From assembly GCF_964204865.1 (NCBI RefSeq), contig NC_135254.1, forward strand, positions 1,488,001 to 1,552,000: 64,000 nucleotides of DNA, given 5' to 3'. Shown piece after piece: positions 1 to 12,299 of this stretch; position 1 is the stretch's first letter; every line of letters begins with the position of its first letter. The notes beneath the pieces are model-generated. The model searched no databases, was not told where the DNA came from, and saw only the letters and a program-made list of their open reading frames with translations. The translations under genes and the position numbers were made by a program. Origin of the DNA: Styela clava (taxonomy: Eukaryota).

Positions 1-3000
1 TTCATTTTCTTCTTGTTTTATTAACACTGTACTTCTTAGCCCGGTGATGTTTTTTCATTTTGAACTAATTTTTTCTGTTTTTTTTTTCTTATTTTTATTC
101 ATTTTTGAGTGAATTCTGTTAAGAAAAAAGGGTGGCGTTCTCTTCAATGCATAATTTGCAATTCCGAATCCAAAATGTTTCTGAATCTGAATGTATCAGG
201 CCATGTTCAGAAACATTTTTCCACAAATTATTGGGCGTTCCAGAAGTATGTGTACCAATATGGAGATATCTAATTTTGTTCGCCTATTTTACATCAAGTT
301 GTGTAAAGGGACTGAAACCTACGGGCAGGGGGTATATTCACTTGACTAATACAAACAGTTCCCGGGACTCTTAATAGAACTAAAATAAGGAAAATTGGAA
401 TAAAGTTATGGCCTAACTCTGACCTGGTACACATACTATATAATAAAAATTATGAATGAATAGCCCTAGTTTTTGTAGCAAGATAACTCTTTATAACTAA
501 ATTTATTTCTAATCATGTTTGTAAATACTAATCTAATTAAATTTCTAATTAAAAATGTTATCAATTTTTTTGTTAAAAATAGCTTTCCCTGGTTGCGGTA
601 ATCACACATAAGAGACCACCACTCAGCCCCAATAGTAGTTACCCTGGCGCAGCAGTTCCTAACAAGGGGCCGTCGCCGTTAAATAGGGGTCACAAGGTGC
701 AGAACAGATTTTACTTGTTCCTTGACAAGAAAACTTCCTAGTTTCGTTGCTTGATAAGGTTGTTTCACAGGGTCTAATCACTTTGAGCATGAATTGTTTG
801 AAACTAATGGGATTTGGAATCTACCAATCATAATATAACACTCTAAATACCACTGGGCCATGAGGCTTAGAAACCTTTGGAAGGGGGGTCACAAGCCATA
901 AAAGGTTGGGGACCTCTGCTATATTGTCAGAGTTTAGCAAACTTGTGCAAAACTTTGACTTTATCCATTTTTAAGGCGTTATTGCTTTGAACGAGAATCC
1001 AGTGAAAATTCACTGAAAAATGCAAAACCCCACTTATTCTCCCGATTCGATATTGCCTACCCAGTTTCTTATACACTTGTCAGGGTGGCTAACATGAGGT
1101 TTGAACCTGGGATCTCTAACTTGTGTCCAGCCAATACTGCCAGGTGCCACATCTTTTGCTGTGATTATCAGATTTTTTATGTGTTTGCAACTTTTATTGT
1201 TTTCTTTACTGAAGGTTTGGCAAGTTTCTGTCTGTATGTGCTGACGCAAATTTACAATAATTAAAGCAAAATGTGGTAGATATGCATGTTGATTGATTTG
1301 TATTTTTGAAGGGGAAGTTCTGGAACAAGTCGGGAATTTAGATTTCTAATTGTTAACTTGACAAAGCTTTCTAAATTGACAGTTACAGGAGGTTTGCATA
1401 TGCCGAGGTATTTGGATCAAAAATTTGATTTTTCTGGAGCCCAGAGCTGGAGTCGAAAAATTTCTTTCTGGAAGTTTGATTTAAATTGATCTATAGAGAC
1501 GCCTAAGATGATACTTAGATCTTCTAACATTGCTTCCCAAAGTTGATTGACAAGGGCCGAAAATAAAAGGGGATGGATACTTATTTGCAAGAGGCTGTGA
1601 CACCAATTGGAACCGGAACCGCTTCAACTTCAGCGAGCCATATTAAATCGTTCCGGACCTCGGTTTGGGGGCGACTGTTCTAAACCTTTGGAGAAATTGG
1701 CTCAATCTCATGACAAACTAGCAGACTTTTGCTTGGAAATTTTAACCAGGTGACTGTACTAGTAGTCTGTCGCACAGTCCCGGTCCTGATTCTGAAATAT
1801 ATAAACAGAATATCGGTCAGAGACCGAAGACTTATCGATCTAAAGTTAGGTGATCCCCCCAAACAGCGCTCTTACTCCATAGTGACACCTTGTGTCCCAT
1901 CACTAATTAATTAATAACTTAAATAATAACTAAATATGATAAATGCACATGCAAAATCTGGAGCAGATTCAATCTTGCTTTCGTGAGATATCGCGTGCAT
2001 CTAACAGACAGACAGATCTCTATCAACATACTTACCGATTAAAATCGATAAGTAATGAGCAGAAAGTTGTTATATAATCGAGCCATCTCTGTTTACCCTA
2101 CGTAATTTCGCAGTCAGTGGGGGATGCTGTATTTCTCTCTGCCACTTACTGGCTAACAAATTCCCTCTCTGGCATGATAAATACAAAATCGCTGTCATGC
2201 CATCCATCCCATTGACAACTCTTTTGAAACTCAAGTTTAACTTAAAATACAAGTATTAAATCAGTACGGTGAATGTTTTACAATTGACAATCAGAAAATA
2301 AAAAAGATGTATCCACAGGTCATCTGTTAGAATATGGGGCTTATAGATTTTTCACTATGCAGACTTTTTCGACCCTAAAGTGCCCTAAGACGGTTTGTAT
2401 TATGACTTTCGAACACCTATGGGGTCGCTATTATAAATACATAAAAATAAATATTGTAGACTTGAGGAGGTAAAAAATGAGACTACGGCTCCAGTGAAAA
2501 CTCAGGTACTCCCGAAGTATGTGAACCGGAGGTGGCGGACAACAGAACGTACCAGTTTAGGCCATAATTTCATTCCAATTTTCTCCCAAATGACTCCCAT
2601 AGTATTTGTGCCCGAGATTATGGCCTAACCCTAACTTGGTTCACATACTTCGGCAGTACCAACTCTCGTGCCTGGTTATAATGCTATCGCCCTATTTTTA
2701 CAAGCGCCCACCGGCATCTAATGATATGGTTGGAACAACTTCTTATTTGGAAAAACGTAAGAAAATCTCTCATGTGCAAATCAATACCCGGGTGAAGTGG
2801 AACAAGATTCAAACTAGAAATGTGCAATCTGCTCTTAAACCAAAAAATTTGAAATATTTGTACGTAAAAACATTTTCTCACAGCTTTTTGAACTGATCGT
2901 AATGACATGAACTGCCCATGTCTTGCCTCAACCAGTGAGTACTCCCGTAGTATGTGTACCGGGTTAGGGTTAGGCCATAACTTTATTCCAATTTTCATTC

Positions 3001-3254
3001 TATTATGAGTTCGAGGACTGTCTGTGTTAGCCAAGTGAATATACCCCATGCCCATAGGTTTCAGTCCTTTTGCACAACTTGATGTAAAGTTAGGTTGGGA
3101 ACAAAATTAGTTACCCCCATATTAGTACACACACTTCTGGAGTGCCAATCAGTGTTTATGAGCGATGAATTCAAACTATAATATGGCCTTGCTTTGAGCA
3201 AATTATTTAAAATAAATATATATGTATAAAAGTTAAAAGGATGAGACTATTGTG

Positions 3255-6200
3255 TCATGTGGGTGGTCCTGGCAGATCAGAAGAATGCTGGCTGTGATCT
3301 GTAAAAAGGAAAAGAAACTCGTTGAATATTTGTCATTCATTGCAAGGGTTGCATGCTGTGGGTTAAAAGTCTATAGTCTATAAAAACTGACTAACATATC
3401 CCATACCCAACAAGGACTGATAACACTTTGTTTCTACCGTTTTAGGTTCAAGATACCACCAATTGTTATGTCATTATCACAGTTTGAGTATATGTATAGT
3501 CATAACAGTGTAATTATATCTGTATCTTGATTATACGAACCAGTATCAACATCAGCCCCTTGCGGGCTCTCCCTTCTCAAAATAATTTAGAACTTACTGT
3601 GATCATTACAATCATGTTGTTTCGATCGTTTCTTCTGCGCTCGTTCTTTCTTCGTTTTCTTCTCGTAAGCATTGTCATCACTATCGCTAGAATTATCATC
3701 TGACGACGAGTCCTCCCCAAACATTCGAGGTTTTTCATAAATACAACAACCTGTATGTAATATTTGACAGTCTCAGTAAGCTAGTGTTAGTTATTATTAA
3801 AAACTGATCCCACACAGAAAAAATACAAGTGGCATACACCAGCGGTCGGCGGCGGCCGCGGAAAGGAACTACCGGTTCGCAAAAAAGGTGACACAAAAAC
3901 GGACAAACCCCTAATGAAACCTCTACAATCTAAAGACAAACGCTACGACTAAAAAACATCACCCAAACAGCAAAAATGCATTTGTTATTGCTAAACGTAC
4001 ATCTAGCAATACTCAGATATATTTACGGAAGCTGTACAGGCATTGTTACTTTTTACAACATAGTTTTTATTTGAGGCCGGGTTTTCAATATTGACAACTA
4101 CAAAAACGAAATATTGAGGTGTGCTGGCACGTGTGTCGCTGTCCAACAGGTTTTCAATTTGGAAACTGTTAATGGCCAGCAAACAAATAAAGATCTTACA
4201 TAGCATCGCCTTTGTTTTTGAACATATTGTCAAAGTAACTTTTCAAACGTGTGGACTTTTTACTAAAGCTTAGTTCATTTGTATGAAGGTGGTTCGCCAA
4301 AATTTTGATCAGGATATACCAGTCCGTCACTTAAAAAAGGTTGCCGACCAATGGCATACACAAAACATGGGAATGTGATCACAAGCAGTGGCGCAACCAG
4401 CGGGGGGGGGGGGGTTACGGGGGTCGTGTCCCCCCGTTTGAAATTCGTTTTTTTTTTTTTATTATTGTTCTATGTTCAAACAACGTCGTTCTACGGTCAT
4501 AACAATCCGGTGAAAACTACTTTTTTCCAGTGCTTTATCACCTCGACGTAATTTAACACAGCCCGACTTCAATCATACCTTTTTGCTGTTAGTTACGTAA
4601 TAATCGCTATCCCCGCGTATATGTTTGTATTCGAAAATGAGATATGTTACCTCAAAAAAGTAGAAATCTCGCGCTGTCGATGTGAATTGAAAGCGACAAT
4701 AGCATAATGCTATCTCTCTCTCTTGTGACGAATACTCTCGTGCGTCATCATCTTGACGCAATGTAACGCCGCCCGTCTTCATGTTATAATAATGCAGTAG
4801 AAACTCTGAAAATCTGGATACTAAAATTATTTTCGGAAAAATATTGTTTCGATTAACCTAAGATTTTCTACATATGAAAGGCCGAAAACCGAAAACTCCG
4901 TACACATCCTACCGCCCCCGTCCACGTTCTGATTTAAAAACATTTCCCTATTGTTTCATTTTTTATCGCAATCGAAAGCAGGCATGTGTGGCACGGCAAT
5001 AACTAACAGTCATCGTGAAAGGTTTTATAAGTTCTTCAAGTCGGCGTTTATCGAAATTCTTTCATATCAGCTGTAATATATTGCCGAACCACACATGGAC
5101 GACGACGCTAGGATATGTGCGCCATATTCGGGATTATTATAAACACAAAAAAACAGTATTTAAAGTTTGCGATATTTGAATTTAAATTCGATTTGGACAT
5201 CCCTGCATTAATTTTGTCAGTTTTTAGTTGTGTTTCCAAAAATTAGTTGTAAATAAATTATTTTAATTGTCATTATGCCTTCCGGTGAGCTTCAGTTTAG
5301 TTTAGAATTTTTCTGTCGTTAGAGTCGAGAAAAGGTCCATTCGCAAGAAGTGCATTTTGTTTTTAGTCTTGACGAATTCACCCAACGAGCAAGGCGCGGC
5401 ACGAGGGAAACACTGGAATTTATTCAAGCCGTGTTTCACTATCCACCAGGCGCAAAGCGAGGTAAACGTTGAAAATAATTAACAGCTTTTCGTTAGCAAT
5501 TCGCTGGAATGTAATACACGGCGCTTTGCTACCCACGCGGTGCAAGACATACCGAAGCGCCGTTAATGAACGAGTGCAAGGTAAGCGAAAGGCTGAGATT
5601 TAATCGATGGCGTTTCCCTTTTAACCACGAGCAATTTATCGTGTTTCAGCGGGGCAACACCTAGTGGCGTTGCGACTTACGTCGTGGTTGCACTATGTAA
5701 ATTCCGATCGGAACCCCCCGTTGAAAACGGCCTGGTTGCGCCACTGATCACAAGAGCACAAATTTGCATTTCTGTGACCATAATTTTTCGAGTAAACATA
5801 GGTAATTATATGGGGGGCAAAATAATTCCATATTTTTATTATGATAGACTGGTTATCAGATTATTTTGATGAATTTAAACTTCAATGGCATTGGTTTTTT
5901 AATCGGGTCACTTTTACTACGTTACTGCTTGTTTGCTCAGAGATGAGTCTAGCTAAGTGTTAATAATGGCCAGATATAATGTTATATAAGTTCTCTTCTC
6001 TGACCAGTGGCGATGTGAAACACCCTACGGCGTCAAGGAGTACAGCAATCCTCACGCACTATCCCTGCATGGGATTCGAACCTGCAAACCCACGCAGAGT
6101 AATCAGTGGTGCGTGGTGGAGAGCGTATTCTACCGCTTGGCGCTATCCACCACACCGCCGATTCTGATATTCGACGAGATAGCAATACTTTTCTTACATT

Positions 6201-7732
6201 TGGAAGATTTCTTTCCCATGTGTTCATTGTCAATCGTTTCCTCTGTCCATCGAACTTTTTGGTCAGACTGAGGTTTGCGAAGTTTCAAAACGACGCTTGG
6301 GCTCGATGGCTCCTGGAGAAAAGAAAAAATTGAACTGTCGTGCTAGAACAAGTGGTTCTCAAACCTCCACAATTTTCAGAATTCAGCCCCCTCATCCCCC
6401 CACTCTTATTCCGAGGAGAGGAAAGTCAATAAGATGGGCCTACTACACGAAAACCTGGATTAAATAGAAGATGAAACAAGACGATGGACTAACAAGCTGC
6501 AAGTTTAGGATAAAACTTTCTCACAAATTTATATCGAGAATTAGAACGCTGATAATATGACTTTATCATATCTTGCTCGGTCTTACTACTTACTGAATAC
6601 AGCGAAACACCGCAAAGAGCGCAAAACAGTGGGGAAAGAGCGCAAAACATAGGGAAACAGTGTGAAGCAGAAAAAAATTTTGCAATGAGTTCGGGGCACC
6701 TTGTTTTGAGTTGGAGTACCACGGCAGCAAATTAAAAACAAAAACCAACGTATGTAGCCAGTAATGCTGTAATGGCAGGTCTGCCCTTGCTGGTGACACA
6801 TTTCGGGTACCATAATTTAGAACATTTTCCATATGAATATGGTTGGCTTTAGGGTTAGGTAAAAAGGGACCTCCTGAAGTATGTGCACCAAGATGGTGCA
6901 CAACCTGAAAATAGTATGTGTGTGTGTGTGTATGTGTGTGTAGCGGATTCAGGTTGTGCGACATATTGGTGCACATACTTCTGGAGCACCAAAAAGGTAC
7001 CGTAGATAAAATTTCGCATGGTGACCTATAATCCGGTTCATAACCTTGTAAATATACCGGAAATAGCGTCATAAAACAATGGCGAGAGGCGCCGTGGTTC
7101 TTTCGTGGCAGGTGGTAATGACTGCGTCTCCTGTTTTGCGCTGGTTTCCTTCTGTTTCGCGCTGTTTTCCTCTGTTTTGCGCTGTTTTCCTCTGTTTTGC
7201 GCTGTTTTGCGCTCTTTGCGGTGTTTCGCGCTGTTTAAGTAGTAAGACCCTATCTTGCTGGTATACGAATAGGACACAGTTTTCCCATCTCAAGGTGTCT
7301 CGACATTTGGTTCAATAAAGCAAACACTCTGTTTGTCTCTGAAACGAGGGCACAACCGCAGATCGTGTCTTGCTTGTCTCAAAAATAATATAAATCAATC
7401 ATGTGGGCCACCACATGATCTAAATTGTGTTTCTTTGCCGAAAACTCTCGATCTTTGGTAAATCGGATCACTTTCTCAGAGGTATCAAATCGTGACGTTT
7501 TGAATTGCACTTCCTTTTGGTCTATTGTAGCGATATAAAGGCCCAGATTGTCTCATGAATGAGGGGTTGCACTCACTGTCATCATTGTTGTCTTTTAATG
7601 TGGGGGCTATTCTTGCAATCAAAGAACTGAGCTGTACTGTACACCGTAATTATGAAAATTTTACCCCTTCACCTGTGCGGTTGTTGTGGTCAATGTTTCT
7701 TCGCTTTGTGTTGTCCTCACTACCGTTGCCAT
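3255..7732 (-). CDS. PPP1R11: Protein phosphatase 1 regulatory subunit 11 (inhibitor-3), 123 aa; exons complement(7673..7732, 6198..6312, 3598..3750, 3255..3298)
   Basis: Manual translation gives MATVVRTTQSEETLTTTTAQ|EPSSPSVVLKLRKPQSDQKVRWTEETIDNEHMGKKSSK|CCCIYEKPRMFGEDSS...|...PGPPT*. It has the RVxW PP1-docking motif (KVRW) and the DNEHMGxxSSKCCCIYEKPR signature. All introns are GT-AG with consistent phases (372 nt total). Not in the ORF track. Confidence 0.92.
3840..4353. mobile_element. hAT-type MITE
   Basis: CAGCGGTCGGC...GCCGACCAATG termini; perfect 8-bp TSD GCATACAC. Confidence 0.75.
4386..5746. mobile_element. 1.36-kb non-autonomous hAT-type element
   Basis: 15-bp perfect TIR CAGTGGCGCAACCAG / CTGGTTGCGCCACTG; perfect 8-bp TSD ATCACAAG; no transposase ORF. 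Confidence 0.85.
6578..7250 (-). mobile_element. Non-autonomous Mutator/MULE-like element, copy 1 (PPP1R11 intron 1)
   Basis: TIRs (C/G)GGTCTTACTACTT...AAGTAGTAAGACC(C/G), perfect 9-bp TSD TATCTTGCT (6569-6577 / 7251-7259), subterminal 10-bp repeats (aaacagcgc/aaacagagg), and an internal Merlin-like MITE with (TG)n. Confidence 0.85.
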
Positions 7733-9488
7733 TATTGCTGTTTATGTCGGGAGATATTCCACTTTATTCGAGGCAAATTTTTGAAAGCAGTTGGATATAT
7801 GACCCCAAAACAAACCTTTTTGAATGAGGTACAAATGACTTAATATAAGCGAAATTATATAACCATAAAGCTGTAAAGTAAAACCAGTTCACCATTCAGC
7901 CATTGTTTGTCCAATTCTAGTTGGCCTGGCTTAACAATTTTTGCATTTGTAATTCCTAACCCCCACCTGACTATGTCACCAAAAAATTACGTCACTACGA
8001 TGTCACAGTGGCCTAATGAAGACGGATGGTCGTCCAAAACGCTACAGGGGTGGTGACGCCGGGGCCACGGCCCATTTAATTGGGCCACGGCCCATCAAGC
8101 TATGGACCGCGGCCCCATCAGGAAAAATACAATTATCTTACCAAATTTTACAAAATTGTCAATAGTCGAATCAAAAAAAAAATCGCGGTATGCCACAAAT
8201 TTTTTTCTTACGATAAGCATTTATATCAAAATAAAGCAAAATACCAAGCTACAGAAAAGGATACTCTTGTAGTATGTGTACCAGGTTAGGGTTAGGACAA
8301 AATTCTGTTCAGATTTTTCACATTATAGTTATATTATGAGTTCGGGGACTGTCTGTGTTAGCCAAGTGAATAATCTCTTTGCAAAACTTGATGGGCCGTG
8401 GTCCATAGCCTGATGGGCTGAGGCCCAATTCGATGGGCCGTAGAGGTGTCACCACTTCCACTCCCAAAACGTGCAGACGATCACCCGGAATTGAGCAAGT
8501 TATTCCTCTGGTTTTCTCGTGCAACGATCTCGATAGGAGAGAGACCGCTGGCGTTAGTGAGTTCGTTATCATCGACGCAGATGGCATTTTGGACTATCGT
8601 AAGTATACTTCTTTGGCAAGCTCTATGACGTGATTGTGACGTCGTAGTGACGTAATTTTTAGATGACATAATCCAAATTTGTTATGCTACACCCACCGGA
8701 AGTACTAGTGCTACTAAACTATACTAGACCCTAGTAAAGCACAATATCTAACTTGATTAATCAATCAATTTTATTTTGGTCGGTCTGACATAAAGCAAAA
8801 CAACACCAAACGGACAAACAAAATGCAGAGGACATGGAGGACGAGCATAACTAAGAAGAAAGTTAAAAAAAATATAAGTACCCACCTGTTCACCAAAAAC
8901 AGTCAAAGAACACAATAAAATAAACATACGCGACGGTCTTACTACTTACTGAATACAGCGCAAAACAGAGGGAAACTGCGCAAAGCAGAAAAAAATCTGC
9001 AATGAGTTGGGGCGTAAATATATACTACTACTAAATGTCCAACTCAGCTCGCCGTATAATAAACAAACAAAGGCGATGTTGCACCTCCAAGTGGCGGGCG
9101 TCACGGTTGGTGTTGTTCAGACTAGATGTTTAACGACGACGACGCTCCTGCATCACAGCTCGAAAACTAGCCCTGTTCATTGATGACTGATCGAAATATT
9201 TGCTGAAGGACAAAGAGATTCGATAAAAATGAACAAATAATTGTGAAAATGAAGACACAGTCTGTCTTGCAAATGACCAGGATGATGTGACAACTTCCTT
9301 GTCGAAAAAGCAAGGCATCAAAAATGCGATGCATTGCAAAAAATTCAGTCAGATGTAGGTAAAGTGGTGATGGAAATGAATACTTTGCACTTTATATAAA
9401 AAAAAGCTTAGTAGCACGGCATTTTGGTCTCACTCCATCTCAAGTATTGTAGCTTTCCCAGAAGTTTTTCCTCCACTTGACCTATAAT

Positions 9489-9962
9489 TAGGGTTACCAT
9501 ATTTTTGTAACTTCAAATCGGGACGCCTCAAAAGACAACGACCCCTTAGCTGTGATTTTGTAACTTCACTTTTTCCGATTTTACCACATAGGCCTACATT
9601 TAAAGCTGTCCCGACTGTCTTTATTGACCATATTGTTATCGAAATTTCATGCGATCCCTGTCCAAATATCGGGTTCATATTCGAAAAATAGGAAGGAATT
9701 GACATACAAATAATTCGAATTTAGACTAATTAGTATTGGTTCTACATGCGATACCTCTGCCATCAATGGGAATCAGCGGGAAACGAACGCATTCACCTTC
9801 AGTAAGCAGGCTAGCGATGCGCTACACAGAAACAACAGTAACGAGAACATGTTTGTGTATTATGCAGAAAAAGCGGGACTTTTGGCTGACTCATCGGGAC
9901 AGCGGGACAAAACGCTAAAAAGCGGGACTGTCCCGCCTAAAGCGGGACTTATGGTAAGCCTA
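9489..9962. mobile_element. hAT-type MITE with subterminal GCGGGAC repeats
   Basis: TAGGGTTACCAT...ATGGTAAGCCTA termini; perfect TSD CCTATAAT; about five GCGGGAC motifs near the right end. Confidence 0.8.
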
Positions 9963-10370
9963 CCTATAATCAGGGCTGCCACAACGTTCTTATTTTTAGA
10001 ATTTGTCCTTATTTTGAAGGTCTTTGTTTTAGGGCATGTTTTTGTCCTTATTTCTAAGAAACATCTTAATTTTGACGTGTGTCCTTATTTTTAACCTTAT
10101 AAATGAATAAACCAGTAAATTAAACTTTGAATTTAGCTTAGATCTGGAACTTCATAAGAGATAAAATGAGTAAACGTAACAAATTTGCTGTGATGATTAT
10201 GAGAAAGAATTCAACGGCGTCGAACGAAACGAAGGGCCAGTGATTTGCGCACTGCAGCTTTTGTGAATGTGACAACAATCTGGAATGCATAGGTAGAGCA
10301 GCAATTTCTGTTAATAATTCAACCCAGAAACACAAGGCTCTGCTCAAGAAATTAATCAAACCAAATTATA

Positions 10371-10645
10371 AACAAGAGAGCTATGCTCAAATATATGGAC
10401 ACGTAGCGCCACCCAATGGCAATAATTTTGATGACGTCATAGCGAAAAAAAAAGTAATAGCCTTCTGGAGAAAAATTTTATCTTCAACCACTGAAAATTT
10501 CAAAGCAATTGGTCCAGTATTCGAAGAGAAAAGCGACTTTTTAAAAACGTGTCAAAGAACAAGAACAACAACAAGGATAACAAGAACAAGAACAACAACA
10601 ACATAATATTGAAACGATCGTTATGTCCACTACGTGTCCAATAAC
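10371..10645 (-). mobile_element. Second HINE/DINE-like family
   Basis: SubTIRs GGACACGTAG / CTACGTGTCC, (TTG/TTGTTC)n microsatellite, and terminal hairpin GAGCATAGCTC followed by a T-rich end. Confidence 0.55.
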
Positions 10646-10663
10646 TTTTTTAAGAGTCAATGA

Positions 10664-11333
10664 GGGTCTTACTACTTACTGAATACAGCGCGAAACACCG
10701 CAAAGAGCGCAAAACAGCGCGAAACAGCGCAAAAGAGAGGAAAACAGCGCGAAACAGAAGGAACCAGCGCAAAACAGAGGGAAACAGCGCAAAACAGGAG
10801 ACGCAGTCATTACCACCTCCTGCCACGAAAGAACCTCGCGCCTATTTACAAGGTTATGTACCGGATTATAGGTCATCATGCGAAATTTTATCTACCTTTT
10901 TGGTGCTCCAGAAGTATGTGCAGCAATATATCGCACAACCTGAATCCGCTACACACACACACACACATACTAATTTCAGGTTGTGCGCCATCTTGGTGCA
11001 CATACTTCTGGAGGTCCCTTTTACCTAACCCTAACTCTAAAGCCAACCATATCCATATGGAAAATGTTCTAAATTATGGTACCCAAAATGTGTCACCAGC
11101 AGGGGCAGACCTGCCATTACAGCATTACTGGCTACATACGTTGGTTTGTGTTTTTAATTTGCTGCCATGGTACTCCAACTCAAAACAAGGTGCCCCGAAC
11201 TCATTGCAAAATTTTTTTCTGCTTCACACTGTTTCCCTCTGTTTTGCGCTGTTTCCACACTGTTTTGCGCTGTTTCCCTCTGTTTTGCGCTCTTTGCGGT
11301 GTTTCGCGCTGTATTCAGTAAGTAGTAAGACCG
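10664..11333 (+). mobile_element. Non-autonomous Mutator/MULE-like element, copy 2 (inverted relative to copy 1)
   Basis: Same TIRs, perfect 9-bp TSD AGTCAATGA (10655-10663 / 11334-11342), near-identical to 6578..7250. A third terminal fragment lies at ~8934-9012. Confidence 0.85.
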
Positions 11334-12299
11334 AGTCAATGATTATACAAAGGCTATCTCAACACATGCAATCAGCTTAAATTTATTTCCATCATCACAT
11401 CATTGAACATCCGACACTTGATATAAAAGAAAAATATTTTCAAATCATTCATGAGCGAATACCTATTAAACAATGTAACTGAATGTCAAGATGTAACAAC
11501 ACTACTTGAGAAAGTATTCAAAAGATCTGAGCAAATGTATACGCAAGTACTGCAGCCAAAATAATAACAACAAGATATCAAATAGGACACATGAAATACG
11601 AAACCAATTGAAGAAACACAGCAGCTAGAACGAAGATTAAGATATATGTGATTACAGTCAAGTTTCCGTACTCCTGAAATATGCGTACCAAGAAAGGAGG
11701 ACACCGGAACGTAATATGTGTACCACGTTAGGGTTAGGCCAAAATGTCCTTATTTTAGTTCTATTACGAGTTCAGGGACTAACCAAGTGAGTTTCGTAGT
11801 ATTTGTACCTAAAAGTATGGCCTAACCAGGTACACATACTATGTTCCGTTGTCCGTCATCTTGGTACACGTATTTCTGGAGTACCCAAGTTTTTTTCTCA
11901 ATAATCCATAGGAATAAAAATTATTATTTTAATTACTAATGTGAATAAATACTGAATATCAAGTTATATTAATAGTGGTATTGATGCTTTTTAAGGCTTT
12001 GGTAGTGGTTCTTAGCTGGAGTAAAAACGCAATTTAGGTTCTATCACGTGGACATTGCTACATATTTCTTTTTCTTTGCTGCTTTTCAATCAACTGGAGC
12101 ACCGATGGATTCCCTGCCCCGCGACCTGCAAAATATGCATCTTTTAAACTGAAAATCTGTTGTCGATTCATTCAATGTATAGGGTGAGGCATAGCTGAAG
12201 ATTTTGAAGAGGGGGGGGTCGGGGTTTATAATAGTCCCGATGGTCTAACTCTAAGAGGTGTTTCACGCCACGAAAAATTTATATGTATGATATAGTATT

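Noticed and set aside
1034-1800. Minus-strand acceptor near 1792 followed by short ORFs (possible gene downstream of PPP1R11)
   Set aside because: No continuous frame or recognisable motif could be assembled.
2960-2975. Interstitial telomere
   Set aside because: Only about two TTAGGG units, always in the same position within MITEs; not a telomeric array.
6590-11380. ORFs of 160 aa (6590..7072 -), 174 aa (10856..11380 +) and neighbours
   Set aside because: They lie within the Mutator-like repeats, are low complexity and have no recognisable domain; their similarity reflects element duplication.
9130-11650. Coding-like + strand remnants between the TE insertions (e.g. LLEKVFKR / VYASTAAKIITTRYQ near 11505-11585)
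   Set aside because: Too decayed to assign; possibly another transposon fossil.
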